NCBI GenBank assembly: GCA_010909165.1
Contig: VJWM01000044.1
Location: forward strand, 868,001 to 932,000
DNA: 64,000 nt
Reading direction: 5' to 3'
Source: Anthoceros angustus
Taxonomy: Eukaryota > Plantae > Anthocerotophyta
Part shown: positions 1 through 11,914 of the stretch, piece by piece
Numbering within the stretch: position 1 is the first letter of the stretch
Layout: each line of letters opens with the position of its first letter
Position numbers and translations under genes: made by a program
The notes under the pieces: model-generated
The model's input: the letters and a program-made list of their open reading frames with translations, nothing else
Told to the model about the DNA's origin: nothing
The model's database searches: none

Positions 1-90
1 AACATTGGTTGCAGCAGCCCATGCTTTGCATCCACCGCCGCGGAAGCCAATGCTCTGCAAGTTGCCAAGAAGATTTTGGTCAAAGCTTAG
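1..90 (+). CDS. Possible terminal coding exon of an upstream gene (NIGCSSPCFASTAAEANALQVAKKILVKA*), product not recognised
   Basis: Open frame from base 1 to TAG at 88-90 with protein-like composition; no family match recalled. Confidence 0.3.
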   Translation, partial: NIGCSSPCFASTAAEANALQVAKKILVKA

Positions 91-948
91 GAAAGGCAAA
101 CGTTTGCTGACATGTGCAAGAAAGGGCAGAGTTTCAAGTACGTGAGTGTAGGTGAAATTGAATGCTTTATAGCACAGCTGCTGCTGCTAGACCATTGGCA
201 ATAGCTCCTTGTGCGCTGCAAATTTCTATGCAACGCTGCAGCTGCACAGTGATGGGACCCTTGAATCCAATGTCGGTGTGTGACCGAGAGATTGGATCCC
301 GGCGGAGGTGTGCCTTCTCCCCCTCCTCGCGCCGAGGTGTGCACTCTCCAGCTCCTCGCGACCGAGGAGTGTGCAGACCAGCATATTTTCATAACTTACC
401 CTTTTGCATTTTTTAGTTTTTGGCGACTCATTTTAATATTTTTTTAAAATTTTAGTAATTACTATAATTAATTAACTTTTATCAAAAACCTTGGCTCCTA
501 CGATATTGTTGAAGACTCCTAAACATGAAGAAGAAGAACAAAATGTTCTAAGGTCCACTTAAAAAACAGATAACAGTCATAGGACCAAAATATGACTACA
601 AAATTGTGAATAGAATGTCTGCAATAGTCTTAAACTAAAACTCAAACAAGAGAAAAAATCAACTAATTAATTAATACTTTCAAGGAAATATCATAAACGG
701 GGAGTAAACTCCATCAATTGATCTCCACTAAAAAAAACCATTGCTATTTTTTTAATGATAGGTTGTCTTGCGGAGTTGGAATAGTATTCTGCTTCCTCTT
801 TATCATAGAGAATATCAATTTCAACTTGGGAGCTACTATTTTTCAAGTTGATTTCAATCTAACACTTCAATGTTCAACATGGAAATTATGTGCATTGCTT
901 TGTTACCTGTCATCTGAAAAGGTGTAAACCCTGTAGAGGTATGTACCA

Positions 949-1042
949 AATTAGTCCAACTGACTTAAATTATCGTGGAACTATATCCGAAATTAGTATA
1001 ACTGACTTAAGTCTATGTACAAAATTAGTATAACTGACTTAA
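949..1042. repeat. Three copies of an ~20-bp motif AATTAGTATAACTGACTTAA in AT-rich DNA
   Basis: Copies near 949 (variant), 991 and 1023. Confidence 0.6.
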
Positions 1043-1114
1043 CTTATCTTCTTATTGACATCTCCAATATCGCTGGTCCATTTGTGCATATCATAGTTGA
1101 TATATCCATTTGAC

Positions 1115-1140
1115 AATAATAATAATAATAATAATAATAA
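1115..1140. repeat. (AAT)n microsatellite
   Basis: About 8 perfect AAT units. Confidence 0.9.
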
Positions 1141-1309
1141 ATTTTATGTAAAAATAGGAATATTATCTCGATCCATACCAAAAGTCTCAAAAATTATATA
1201 ATTAAAAATTACGAGTGTAATTACATATTAAAAAAATTAATTCAAAATTAATCTTATTTTACCCAAAAACTTGCAAAAATAAATCTAGTAGGCAATGAGT
1301 TGCCTAGTA

Positions 1310-1700
1310 GTTATTTCAACTAGGGGGTGTCTTCGAATTTGTTCATCCTTTCTATTGATCCACCGATGTCAAGGTGATATGTGGTGCTCAAACACAATTG
1401 CACTCCTAAGCTTCTCTAACATGCCAAACTTTTGTAGGGAACTTGTGGACTTGTGTCTCTCAATTTGCTTTGGCAGTCCATGAACACCTAAGATGTAGCA
1501 TACGCCATGCGGTACCATCTCCTGTTGAAGGATAACACCATCATTCGTTACTTGATCAACACATAAAGGTGCTTCTATTGGCAATGGACGTTCATTTTGC
1601 AACGCGGCAAGCAGGCAGTGCAGTCTTTGGTTGCCGACATGGTTCCTCTCGATCATTCGCGATTCTGGGTGCAGAGAAGAGAAACCAATTGAACGCAATG
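1310..1700 (-). mobile_element. Degraded Ty3/gypsy integrase remnant
   Basis: Minus strand gives VHGLPKQI (cf. HGLP..IVSDRD) and a frameshifted LGVQL..ST.YHP...G..ERMN. The DNA resembles the integrase at ~62330-62430 (GAGCTTAGGAGTGCAATT shared). Confidence 0.7.
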
Positions 1701-1860
1701 CACATGAAGTTGCTGCAATACGGACACTAGTCACAGGCCGTATCACGTGCAAGCTCCTCAGGCATAGGACGTCTATTACAGTTCGTATGTGGGTACATAT
1801 AGGAGCGGGCATCCTCGGTCAAGAAAGGTGCCCGCGGCCAAGATTATTCTGTTTCTTGGC

Positions 1861-1938
1861 ACGCTAGATTAGTCTAACCTATGGTCTAAGGTGGTTAGTA
1901 CGCTAGATTAGTCTAGCCTATGGTCTAAGGTGGTTAGT
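1861..1938. repeat. 39-bp tandem duplication (2 copies, 1 mismatch)
   Basis: ACGCTAGATTAGTCTA(A/G)CCTATGGTCTAAGGTGGTTAGT x2. Confidence 0.95.
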
Positions 1939-2498
1939 TCCGGGGTTAGGGTTGGAATATTACTATTATCCCAGTTTACTTATTTATCGTCTTAATTACC
2001 TTGGTTAATTTACCCGCTAAATACCGGATATAGATACGGTATTTCTATGTGCACATATGTTTCAAGTACCTCGTGGGGTTTCCCGCCACCATGCCTGCTG
2101 TGGCTAGGGCAGCTTCGTAACCATGTGTCTTCTGTGTTGATGGACGCGAGGGGCCGGCTCGTCGTCTCCTGTCTCAGAAGTAGTGAGAATCTATGGCCCA
2201 AATGAATGGGTTGAGGGGCATGAATCACACGCACAACAGTCAAAGCGTGCTAAGAGCACAACATCTGTGCTGACTCTTCAGGCACAAGGAGATAAGGTAT
2301 GACCTTCAAAACCAGAACCACGGGATGAATCCTGGAAAATTGTATCGGATTCCCGCATAGCTGTCTGAAAGAAATGAGTATTGAGAGGATGTGTTGGTGG
2401 GTTATGTGACTCTTTTCGTTCATATTATTGCTGAAGCACCTGCATCAGCAGGTGACTACTTGTGCAATAGCACACTTTATAAATTGTGACTGCAAAGG

Positions 2499-4897
2499 TC
2501 ACACGAAAATCACCTCGAACTTGGGACATGGATTTGCCTCCAGATATACTTTCAAACTATGTGTTGACTCAAACTTCCAAGAATACAACGCTTCTCTTTG
2601 AGTCAATCCAAGCGGATAGATCCTATAAACCATCAGAGAATTGTCACCTTGGATTTCCTTCGGCCGTTCGGACTTCCAAATTGGAACATGATGCAATGAC
2701 TGGAACCTCAAAAGAACTGCCTGCTCAAGATCCTTGACAGTAGGCTTGCTAGACCTGGCACACATTGTGTCACATCGCACGTGTTACCACACTAACCTGC
2801 AGACCTGTAAGAACAGCAAAAACATTGCTACCTGATAAAGATGGACTCCATTTCAAATCTTCCTCTCTCCCGCACAAAAATATGGTAAACAGTGGTTGAC
2901 TTCTCGTGACACTGACAGAGTCGGTTCACAGAGGCCAGTGACCTTGCTTCCTCCTGCAACCGGATGTTGGTTGCCAGATGGATACAAAGGCGGCATGATG
3001 AGTGCACTGCTGCCATGTCAACTAAGGCCTTGAAGGAGTCACTCGGTCCATCAGTTTTCCAGCTGCACTTCAGAAATAAGAGCCCAACATCAGCCATGAG
3101 AACAATTCCACTTGTTGCTTCTTCTCTGACACACTTCAGCAGCACTGTCTGGCTAGCACTTCAAGTACCTTTACCATTGACATACCGTAACATCGCATCA
3201 TACGCAGTTGCATTTGAAGCCAGATATTTGATGTACTCAGCCGCAACCTCTACGTCATCCTCATCTTTGATGTGAACAATGGAATTCGGCCCAGGTTCAA
3301 ACTCATGGATATTTGGTGCGCCCACCACTACTGGTACGGATCCTGGTAGACTCAACATTGCACCCAGAATATAGTCAATCTGATGCCCAATCCTCACAGG
3401 CGCTAACTAGATGATAAAAATCTGGTTCCTGCGGATGTAGAAGCACATGAATATTAACCACGATAACATGCAAAGACCTCCCCACCCTTTGGCAGAACAA
3501 TTTTACTCATGATACACATAATCATCGGAGAGGACAAAATATGTATCAACAAGTAGACCAACTACCTGCAACAAGCGACTGCCAAAACTTCTCGGTGACG
3601 TAATCGTCCACATTTGAATTCTCAAAAGCCAAACTGAATTTGTAATGCCGGAGAGCCTCCAGTTTATCAACTCCTGGCACAGAACGATGCGACATAAGGT
3701 ATTGCAGGTAAGGACCTGGGCAGTTTATAGATTTCAAGGTTGGATGATCCACGCACAAGCAGACCTCTCTCGCCATGGTTGTGCAGACAAGCACCATAGG
3801 AGTCCACTGTAACACCCTTTGCAATAAGCCCTTGCAAAGCATTCAGACGAAAATTATGTGCCCCACAGTTTGAAATGAAAGCTGCAGCTATTGACTTTTC
3901 TGACTTGATCTGTACAGGTGACATCAGCTCATACTCTGCCCATGAGAAGTAACCTACAGGCACATCAGATGTAAGACTGGTCGTCATCACAACATCAAAC
4001 CCTTTCCTGCAAACCGCATAAAGCATGGGAATATGTTAAAAGGACCTCCCTTCGCTGAAAACAATAAAGAGGACAGCACGACCACAACAACGACTGGCCT
4101 GATAACGTAAACCAGACCATGAAGTACTTTCTACCTATGTGCCACCTCCACATCATTGTCTGGATAGTATGATGATGACTCCATTGATCGGAGCACACGT
4201 GCTGCACCTGGACTATCACGCCATCCAAAAGTTGCATCTGGATCAACAAGATCCTGAAAGCCGCTTTTGAAAATACATGGCACCGCACATGAAGGCCAGT
4301 TCTGAGAGGGCAATGGCATCAGTGTCTACTTGTGTCCAAGTGTTCAGTAAACAGAAGATGCTCGAGAAAATACAGAAGCCAGTTGACCCAATAAAACACG
4401 AGGACCGGTGTGCACTGGAAGTTACCACACACCTGAGTCTCCGCAGATGCAACTAGAATGGGTTTCTCTGAAAAATCACGACGATGCTCCAACCTATCTG
4501 CCCTCTCCAGCTGCTCCTCACAGGTTTCACTGAATTCGTTGCCGTTCCCACCAGATTTTGACCAACCTTCAGCAATCTCCTCATGTTGCCTGGTCAGCCT
4601 TGGATGTTGCTCCAGCTCCAAGGATTTGTCAGTCGATGAAGCGAGATTCTGACTACCAGTTGCATTCCTCAGCCCAAAATTGGACACGGGATGGGGAGGT
4701 CCTGACGAGGAACCATGTGACTCTGATAGAGATAAAGACCTCAGAGTATCCACTGATGTCACAACGAAAGGGGAGTTCACAATATCCACTCTGTACAGGA
4801 AGGTCAATTCAGTAACGATTATTGCAGCTACCAACCAGGCCCATCGACCGACGCTCCTTCCCCGTCCCATCAAAACAAGCCCTGCAGGTCCTGCCAT
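2499..4897 (-). CDS. FUT11: Core alpha-1,3-fucosyltransferase (GT10 family), multi-exon
   Basis: N-terminal TM anchor; exons [92 protein letters not shown]; C-terminus [11 protein letters not shown] as in plant FucT. Confidence 0.95.
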
Positions 4898-5670
4898 TCT
4901 GCTGAACCAGGAGGCTTTCCGTTAGCTTCCCAATTCGTAATTCACCATGCTGCGATTCGTACACGGGTAAGCTGTGCATGCTCACTAGTGCCTACACCTT
5001 GAGCTGTGGCCATGGCGCTGGACAAGGCTTCGAGGGTTAACTTGCACTCTACTTTACAATTTTTAGTTGTTCGATACTACGACTGGATTCAGATTTATGA
5101 TTTATACTCGACCTGATCAACTCAACTCTTTCTCCTGACAAATTGGTTTTTGTTAAAGGAGATATTTTTGCCAAGTTGGTTTCGCTACGGAGTTTTTCCG
5201 TTTTTCCTATTGTCAGTTTTTTCTGTTGCCAATTTAATTGTTGCTGCCGAGTTTTCTCCCTTGTTAAGTTGATTTTTAGTAAGCAGTTCTTCCTCTTGCC
5301 TAGTTGGTTTTTGCTTCACAATTTTTCCTCTTGCTAAGTTGGTTTTTGCTAAAGAACATAGCCACTACCAAACCGCTATTTTATATCGTCCCGAAGAAAG
5401 TTGCCCCAAACTTTCTTCTTGTAGATTTTGTTGCGCGTAAAAAAAAAACCTAATAAATGGCAATATTATGGAGTATTATAACATTGTATGCTTCCTATTG
5501 TAAGGGCTTTGAGGCTCAAGAAATGATCTAAACTTACTATCATACTAAATCAATAATAATATAAAATATTTAATAATAATAATATATGGTAGGTTGTAGA
5601 GTTTTTAACCTATAGTATACTATATATAATGATAGTACCTATATATAATGATTACTTTTATGATTGTGCT

Positions 5671-5704
5671 GGGAGGGAAGGGCTAGGGGGGGAGAGGGAA
5701 GGGG
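5671..5704 (+). other. G-tract-rich purine stretch (G-quadruplex- or PPT-like)
   Basis: GGGAGGGAAGGGCTAGGGGGGGAGAGGGAAGGGG has six G>=3 runs. Confidence 0.5.
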
Positions 5705-5877
5705 TTTGCACATTGGTCGCGCGATACTCTTGTTCTTTTATGGGTTTCATATTGTCATCAGGGAGATGGAACCCTTTCTCTGGGAACACAGAATTGTCTA
5801 CTCTTTTTTACTAGAGCTTCGTTGTATATCGAATTGTCTCAATTGGAGTGACTCATTGATGGAGACAACGCACGTCG

Positions 5878-6360
5878 TCTAGTATGGTGGTACTCTTGTA
5901 GTCCCACTAGTTCGTCTATTGGCTAGTTGTGGTAGAGTGTTACTACACGTCGTCTAGTATGGTGGTACTCTTGTAGTCCCACTAGTTCGTCTATTGGCTA
6001 GTTGTGGTAGAGTGTTACTACGTGTGTGTATCTTTTACTATCCTTGTGTCTAGTATGGTGGTATCTTTTACTATCCTTGTGTCTAGTATGGTGGTACTCT
6101 TGTAGTCCCACTAGTTCGTCTATTGGCTAGTTGTGGTAGAGTGTTACTGCGTGTGTGTATCTTGTACCATCCTTGTGTCTAGTATGGTGGTACTCTTGTA
6201 GTCCCACTAGTTCGTCTATTGGCTAGTTGTGGTAGAGTGTTACTGCGTGTGTGTATCTTGTACCATCCTTGTATCGTGTGTGTCTTGACTAGTTGTGGTA
6301 GAGTGTTACTGGTGTGTGTATCTTGTACCATCCTTGTATCGTGTGTCTTGTAACATCCTT
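5878..6360. repeat. Complex minisatellite with an ~67-bp core and variable linkers
   Basis: Core TCTAGTATGGTGGTACTCTTGTAGTCCCACTAGTTCG...GTGTTACT starts at 5878, 5953, 6082 and 6178, with a partial copy at 6049 and sub-repeats to 6360. Confidence 0.9.
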
Positions 6361-6720
6361 GAAGCTGCTCTTTGCAAAGCCTTGTTAAAAGCAACCTTGG
6401 TGATTCTGCAGGTTATTACTATTTCTTATTGTTAGTGCTCGAGAGATTGACCATGATTTATGAAGTCATACTAAGTCTGATGCTTGAAGAAAAGAGTCTT
6501 TTGAACTTTAGAGCACAGCATTAGACAATCCACTATCTCTAACAGGTCTCATTACCTCACAAAGTTCATCCTACCTTCTCTTGTATTAACTAATACAATT
6601 TACATTATTCCTTTGGGTTAAGTTTTGTTCACATCCAAATATTAACCAAAGGGATTACAATTATGTCTGCAGTCAATATGTAATCTTGCATCGTTAGTTT
6701 TGCACCAAACCATGATATGC

Positions 6721-9700
6721 TTATTGGCGATATCCGCTAAGCATTTCCTTAACAACTTCACAAACGCGTCTGATTCTCCAGGAACCGGGTTGAACAGAGG
6801 TTATTGTCTTAACTATGGAAGACGCGGAAAGAGTGCTTTGGGTCTTCACGCTGATATATTCTATGTCTACATCACATCTTCCGCTCAAGGATAAGCTGCA
6901 GGTAGGGAACGCATATTATTCACACCAAAAATCATGATAGAAGCAGGTAGAGCATCACGACGACCAAGACCAGGGTTGATACCTTGATAGATCAACGTAG
7001 AGTTTCACCACGAACCGGATCCCCAACCCGCAGTCGGTGAACTTCAGCCGTATCTCGAAACGACCAGCTGTGCCACGCACCACTTCCATAAATGAGAATT
7101 AGCTTTAGATTGGAATGTAGCCTGGCGTGTTGATCAAGCGTTTGGTGAACTTACCATCGCTCGGGACTATTTCCTGATTGGTAAGATGCCGAAGGAACCT
7201 GAATCGACATTCCTGCAACTCCTCGACGAGTTTGACTAGCTTCCACACAGTTCGTCCAGTTTTCTACAAGCATGAAACCAGCATAAGCAAGTGCCATCAT
7301 GAAAAGGACCAGCTCAATGCAAGGATTGTAGAGGAGAATACCTGTACATGTTCAGCGACCAGTTTAGAGGTTCCTAGTACAACATCATCAAAGGGTGGCA
7401 GAGCCGCCAAGAAAATTCTAGAAGCTTGCATGTCCGCATAGACCTGCACATAAAGCCAAGTTCCCTCTTATACACATGCGCTGCTTTGTAACTTCTGATA
7501 AGAGCATATAGTGTGAATGTGTACTTTATCAATGTCGGCTGGGAAATACATGAGACTAGTGAGTTTAACAAGCTCTTGTCCTGTCCCTCCGTTGTAAAAC
7601 CTGCCAAGACTTATCACACAATGTACGGACAGATTTTTGCTGAAAGACAAAATTATTCACCCCCTTGGATCCTTTATGATGCACTCTGGTGAAAATAATC
7701 CCTCTTACCTCTGTGTCAACAAATTGTAATAAGTGACCTCTAGCACCTGCCGTTGGTTGTTGGTGACTGACACCTTATACTCTACCCTCTGTACAACAAG
7801 GGAGGAAAGACGTACGATGACACACTGCACTTGATCCACAAACGCAAACAGATAAGGGACCGTGACGAAGTCTGATCAAATACCTGCATTTTCTGAAGTA
7901 ACGCAAGCTTATTCTGCATCAAACGGACATGCTCTAGCATGACAGTGTTCTCCCTACCCAACGGTTCCAACTGCTCCTGTACTTGGGCAAGTTTCTTTCT
8001 TGCTTCCTGAAAAGGAGGGTTGTTGACAACGGTTAACAAATGATCAAGGCACTTCAAAAATGCTATTTTCAAACAGCAAAAGAGCAAAAACCTGATTCAC
8101 CTGGTTAGCGTCCCTTTTCTGAGCTAACAGTGACTCCTTTTTCTTCAGGGCTGCCTCCTCCATCTCAACCTGGAGAGGAAACTATCAGACTACATAAGAA
8201 GCTCAGGAGCACCACCATGACTACAAAGGAACTGCTCAATATCGAATATTCGTACCTGCTTTAGAATCTCGCATGGACTTCCCTGCTGGGTAGTTGCGAC
8301 AGAGAGACCCTCAATTAAATGTCTCAAAGTGAGGCCAGTTTGAGCGATTGTCTCCTGAAAGACCCTAACAAGCTCTTGTGCCTCCTTTTGAGCGTCTTTA
8401 GCATCCTTCCATGCCCGCATCTCTTGCTGAAGGAGATGTGCAACCAGTAAGTAGCCAGTGAGAAGGAACTTAGCAGATGCGAATTAGCACAGGAGAGAAT
8501 CTGACCTGCAAAACGGTGTTGTTTTCATGCATATTCCTCAAACAAACTCCTTGATCTATTGGAACTTTCATCGCAGATTTCCTGTAGCCAGTATATGTAA
8601 GCGAAAATGAGGTAATCTGCAATCATAGCAGACCAAGAATCACTGTGTACCTGGCAGCTTTCTCCAGCTTGTCAAGTTGTGCGTGCAAGTCCTGGTGGCT
8701 GGATTTCTGCACCACTCTCAAGTGCTGAGTTTTTGCCCCATCTTGTCCTAATACATTGTCAGACGTGGTACAAACCTGTACCACGCCGGTAAAAGAACTA
8801 AGGAGGTAGATCTCAGTTAGCTCAACAGGACTACCTGCAGATGCTGTGTAGTAGCAGCTGAGAGCGCAAGAGATTTCGCCACAATTGATGACTTCACACT
8901 ACTCAAGGTTGCAATCAATTGTTTTCGCTGTAGCTCCAGGACTTGCATCTGCATCTAGCATGGTAAGCTAGGCAGAAAAGTCACACATCTGGACTCAAAT
9001 TTCAGTGGGTGGATTGTATTGCTGACGATACCTGTGGCTTGACCTGACAAGAAAACTTCAAGCTCTCAGCAAGAGACATAGGTTGTTCGGTGAACATCAT
9101 GACCACACTTGACGATGCTCCAAGGCGATGCTGACTCCTGGCAAAACTTCTCTCCTGGGGTACGAACAGCAGCTTTAAACAATTAGACTGGCACCGTCCA
9201 CTACCAATTCCGCCTCTTTGATGTCCCCTTCATTTTCTAACTACTATACACATGGGGAGAAATGTAAATTAACTGAGCTGACCTTCACAATTTGGAGAAG
9301 TTGAGCTACAGTCGTATTGTGCAACTTGACATCGGTATCTAGCTGCTCAGATGATGGATAAGCATCTTCGGGCTGCTTTTCATTGGCAATCTATAGACCA
9401 CGGTATACTGACCTTCTCAGCATCTCGGATTCACATGAACTAAATTGAAATATGAAGGCAAACGGCTTGTGACCTCACTTCGGGGTGTATAAGCAGTGTG
9501 GCAGATGAGTTGCTGGCAAGCCCAGTGGTTACAAGTGCTTGCTCACTTCTTGGGCTGGAGAAATGGAGAACGTCAGTGAAGCCTGATACCATGTCACTGC
9601 TGGGCAGCTTTGTTGTTGTTGCAGTTGTGTCTGGTTCACGGATGCCCGTCCTGTTAATCACCGACGTGGTAGTAGTCTCGTCAGCTCTCAAAAGATCCGC

Positions 9701-11589
9701 CAGTTTAGGAATTGCCATCGATATATCACCACTGGCGAGAGTCGCTGACGCCGACTCATCGCCAAGGATTTTTGTGGGCAGTACTGCTGTAAAAGTCATG
9801 TCAGCATCATGCTTGCTCTTTCTTATGAGCACTGACATAGTAGTCGCGTCTGCCATCAGGAGATCTGACAGTTTAGGAATTGCCATAGATATATCACCAC
9901 TGGCGAGCCTCGCGGACACCGACTCATCGCCACGGATTTTCGTGGGCAGTACTGCTGTAAAAGTCATATCCGCATCATGCTTGCTCTTTCTTTTGAGCAC
10001 TGACTTAGTAGTCTCGTCTGCCGTCAGGAGATTCGACAGTTTGGGAATTGCCATCGATATGTCCTCCCTGGGCGACAGAACGTTTAGAAAGTCGTCAGCC
10101 TTAATAAACTCCGGTCCGTTGATACCATCTGCCCCCGACTGCAGTGATAACCCAGAACGTGCTGACAGGTCCCCTTTCTGCTTAGTTCCCTTCCTAGGAT
10201 TCCATCAAACAATATGGTCGGATCAGCAGACTCTTGCTCGGTCCATCAAAGAAAACAAAACATTAGCACCACTCGTACACCCACAAGTCAAAATGTGCGG
10301 CCGTCGCTCAATTCTGCCCACTCCTCTTTCGCAACATCCACCTGCCTCATTTCAGGCGAGGCACTGGTTCAAAGATTACCTCATTGCCATGGATGAGACC
10401 GGAGTAGTGAATTCTGCAGGAGGCAGATTCTCCTTGTCCGCTTTCGCTGGAGATTTTTTGGTGCGTTGTTGCTTGGGCCCTTTGTCAACAGCCCTCCTTG
10501 CACCCTTGCTAGGAACACTCAGCGCATCCTTCTCGAAACTAGTGGCAAATTTCCGCTTGCCCGCCGAAGCAGGCCTCTCATCAACGCTCCTCTCGTGCTC
10601 AGTCACCGCCACCTGACGAGGAGTCTCCACGCCCGAATCCACATCCATATCAACGGAGTCCCTACGCTTCATCCCTTCATCATACGCAGGTGAGGCAACC
10701 ACCTTCACATTAACAAAACCCGCACTGACCCTCCTATCCTCTTCCGAGGTTGCCTGTATGAGCTGCTTCATGGTAGCGTCCGAGCTCAGGCTCATGTCAC
10801 TGGTACAATCATCCGCCTCAGGAATAGCAAACTGCGACCGCTGGATGGGCCACTTGCTAGGAATCTCCGTGAAGCTCATCTCCAACACATTATGCTCGTG
10901 CTCATTCCCAAACCCGTGCTGATCCCAAGCCGTACAGGTCGTTCCAGTGGCGTCAGCCTTCAGCAGCTCTGCAAACCTGGGCACATCCTCAGTCACGTCG
11001 TCGGCGTCGCCTTCGAAAATGCTACAATCCTTATCCCCGCTCCTCAAATGCCTCAAATCCACAGGCCCCGTGTTCTCCAAGTCCATGTCCGCACTGCGCA
11101 AAAAAATAACATCAACATCGGCCCACAATCCAGCAAAAAGAGCCTTCCCCGCACCAACCGAAGCCGAACGGAACCATCTAACCTGTGGGAATCGGGACTC
11201 CCTCTCCCCGCACTCCAGGCCCCAGGGGAAGCCTCAGGACTGGCCCCGATCTGCGCCGTTGCAGTGGCAACATCGAATCTGGGCGCCAAGGTCGCCCTGG
11301 CTTCATCCAAGCTGCTCTTGCGCTTGAGCTTGACGGCCAGCCGGGGCGATCTGCGCACACTGGTGGACACATCTCCTGTCTGCGCTTCCGGCGGGGTCTC
11401 GTAGTCATCGTCCCTGGCGAAGACATGGACCTTGGTGATGTCCGCAAAGCTCACCCGTCGCCCAGCCGAGCCCCGCCGCTTCCTCCTCTCCACGGGCACG
11501 GATCCTCCAACACTCAGGCACTCCATGAACGTCGTCGTGTCATCCACATCCCTCGGCTGGAACAACGGGGTATGCCCCGTTGCTGCCAT
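6721..11589 (-). CDS. KNL1: Kinetochore scaffold KNL1/Spc105, multi-exon
   Basis: ATG at 11589; N-terminal RRVSFADITKVHVFARDDDYETP (RVSF PP1-docking motif in plant KNL1 context); low-complexity repeat-bearing middle; coiled-coil exons at 7.9-8.9 kb; RWD-like tail ending ...GSWRIRRVCEVVKEMLSGYRQ*. Confidence 0.85.
9665..10063 (-). repeat. Coding tandem repeat in KNL1: 168 bp / 56 aa, ~2.4 copies
   Basis: GGAATTGCCAT at 9708, 9876 and 10044 (period 168); unit DISMAIPKL..LL.AD.T..SV..RKSKHDADMTFTAVLPTKI.GDES.SA.LASG. Confidence 0.95.
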
Positions 11590-11914
11590 GCCGTCCACGC
11601 CGAGCTCTCAGCCTCGACAATGCACCAAACTGCGCCGCCCAACAGCCCTTCGCAAAGCCGCGGCCGAGCATTCAAATCCGAAGGCGGGAACGGAGGCCAT
11701 CCTCCAGAATTTCAACCACTGCCAAACTCTCGAGTAATAGAAGGTTAATGGAACACAGTCTTACTGTCCAAAATTCGAGGACAAATGCCGAAAAGTATGT
11801 ACATCTACCCACGTATGTATGTATGTACATCCGTTGGCCTGCATGGCATGGTAGCACTGACTAGAGGGGAAAAAAAAGGGAGGGTTCGTGCCCGCGCACC
11901 TAACGAAGCTTAGT

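Noticed and set aside
1943-1953. Telomere-like GGGGTTAGGGTT
   Set aside because: Too short; not an array of TTTAGGG
5878-6360. CRISPR-like look (conserved core plus variable linkers); also at 18212-18465
   Set aside because: Linkers are related to each other rather than unique spacers, there are no cas genes, and the context is eukaryotic and intron-rich
9498-10616. 372-aa plus-strand ORF
   Set aside because: Antisense shadow of KNL1 exons; it mirrors the 168-bp repeat and has no recognisable domain. It does stay open across one intron, so stranded RNA-seq would settle it
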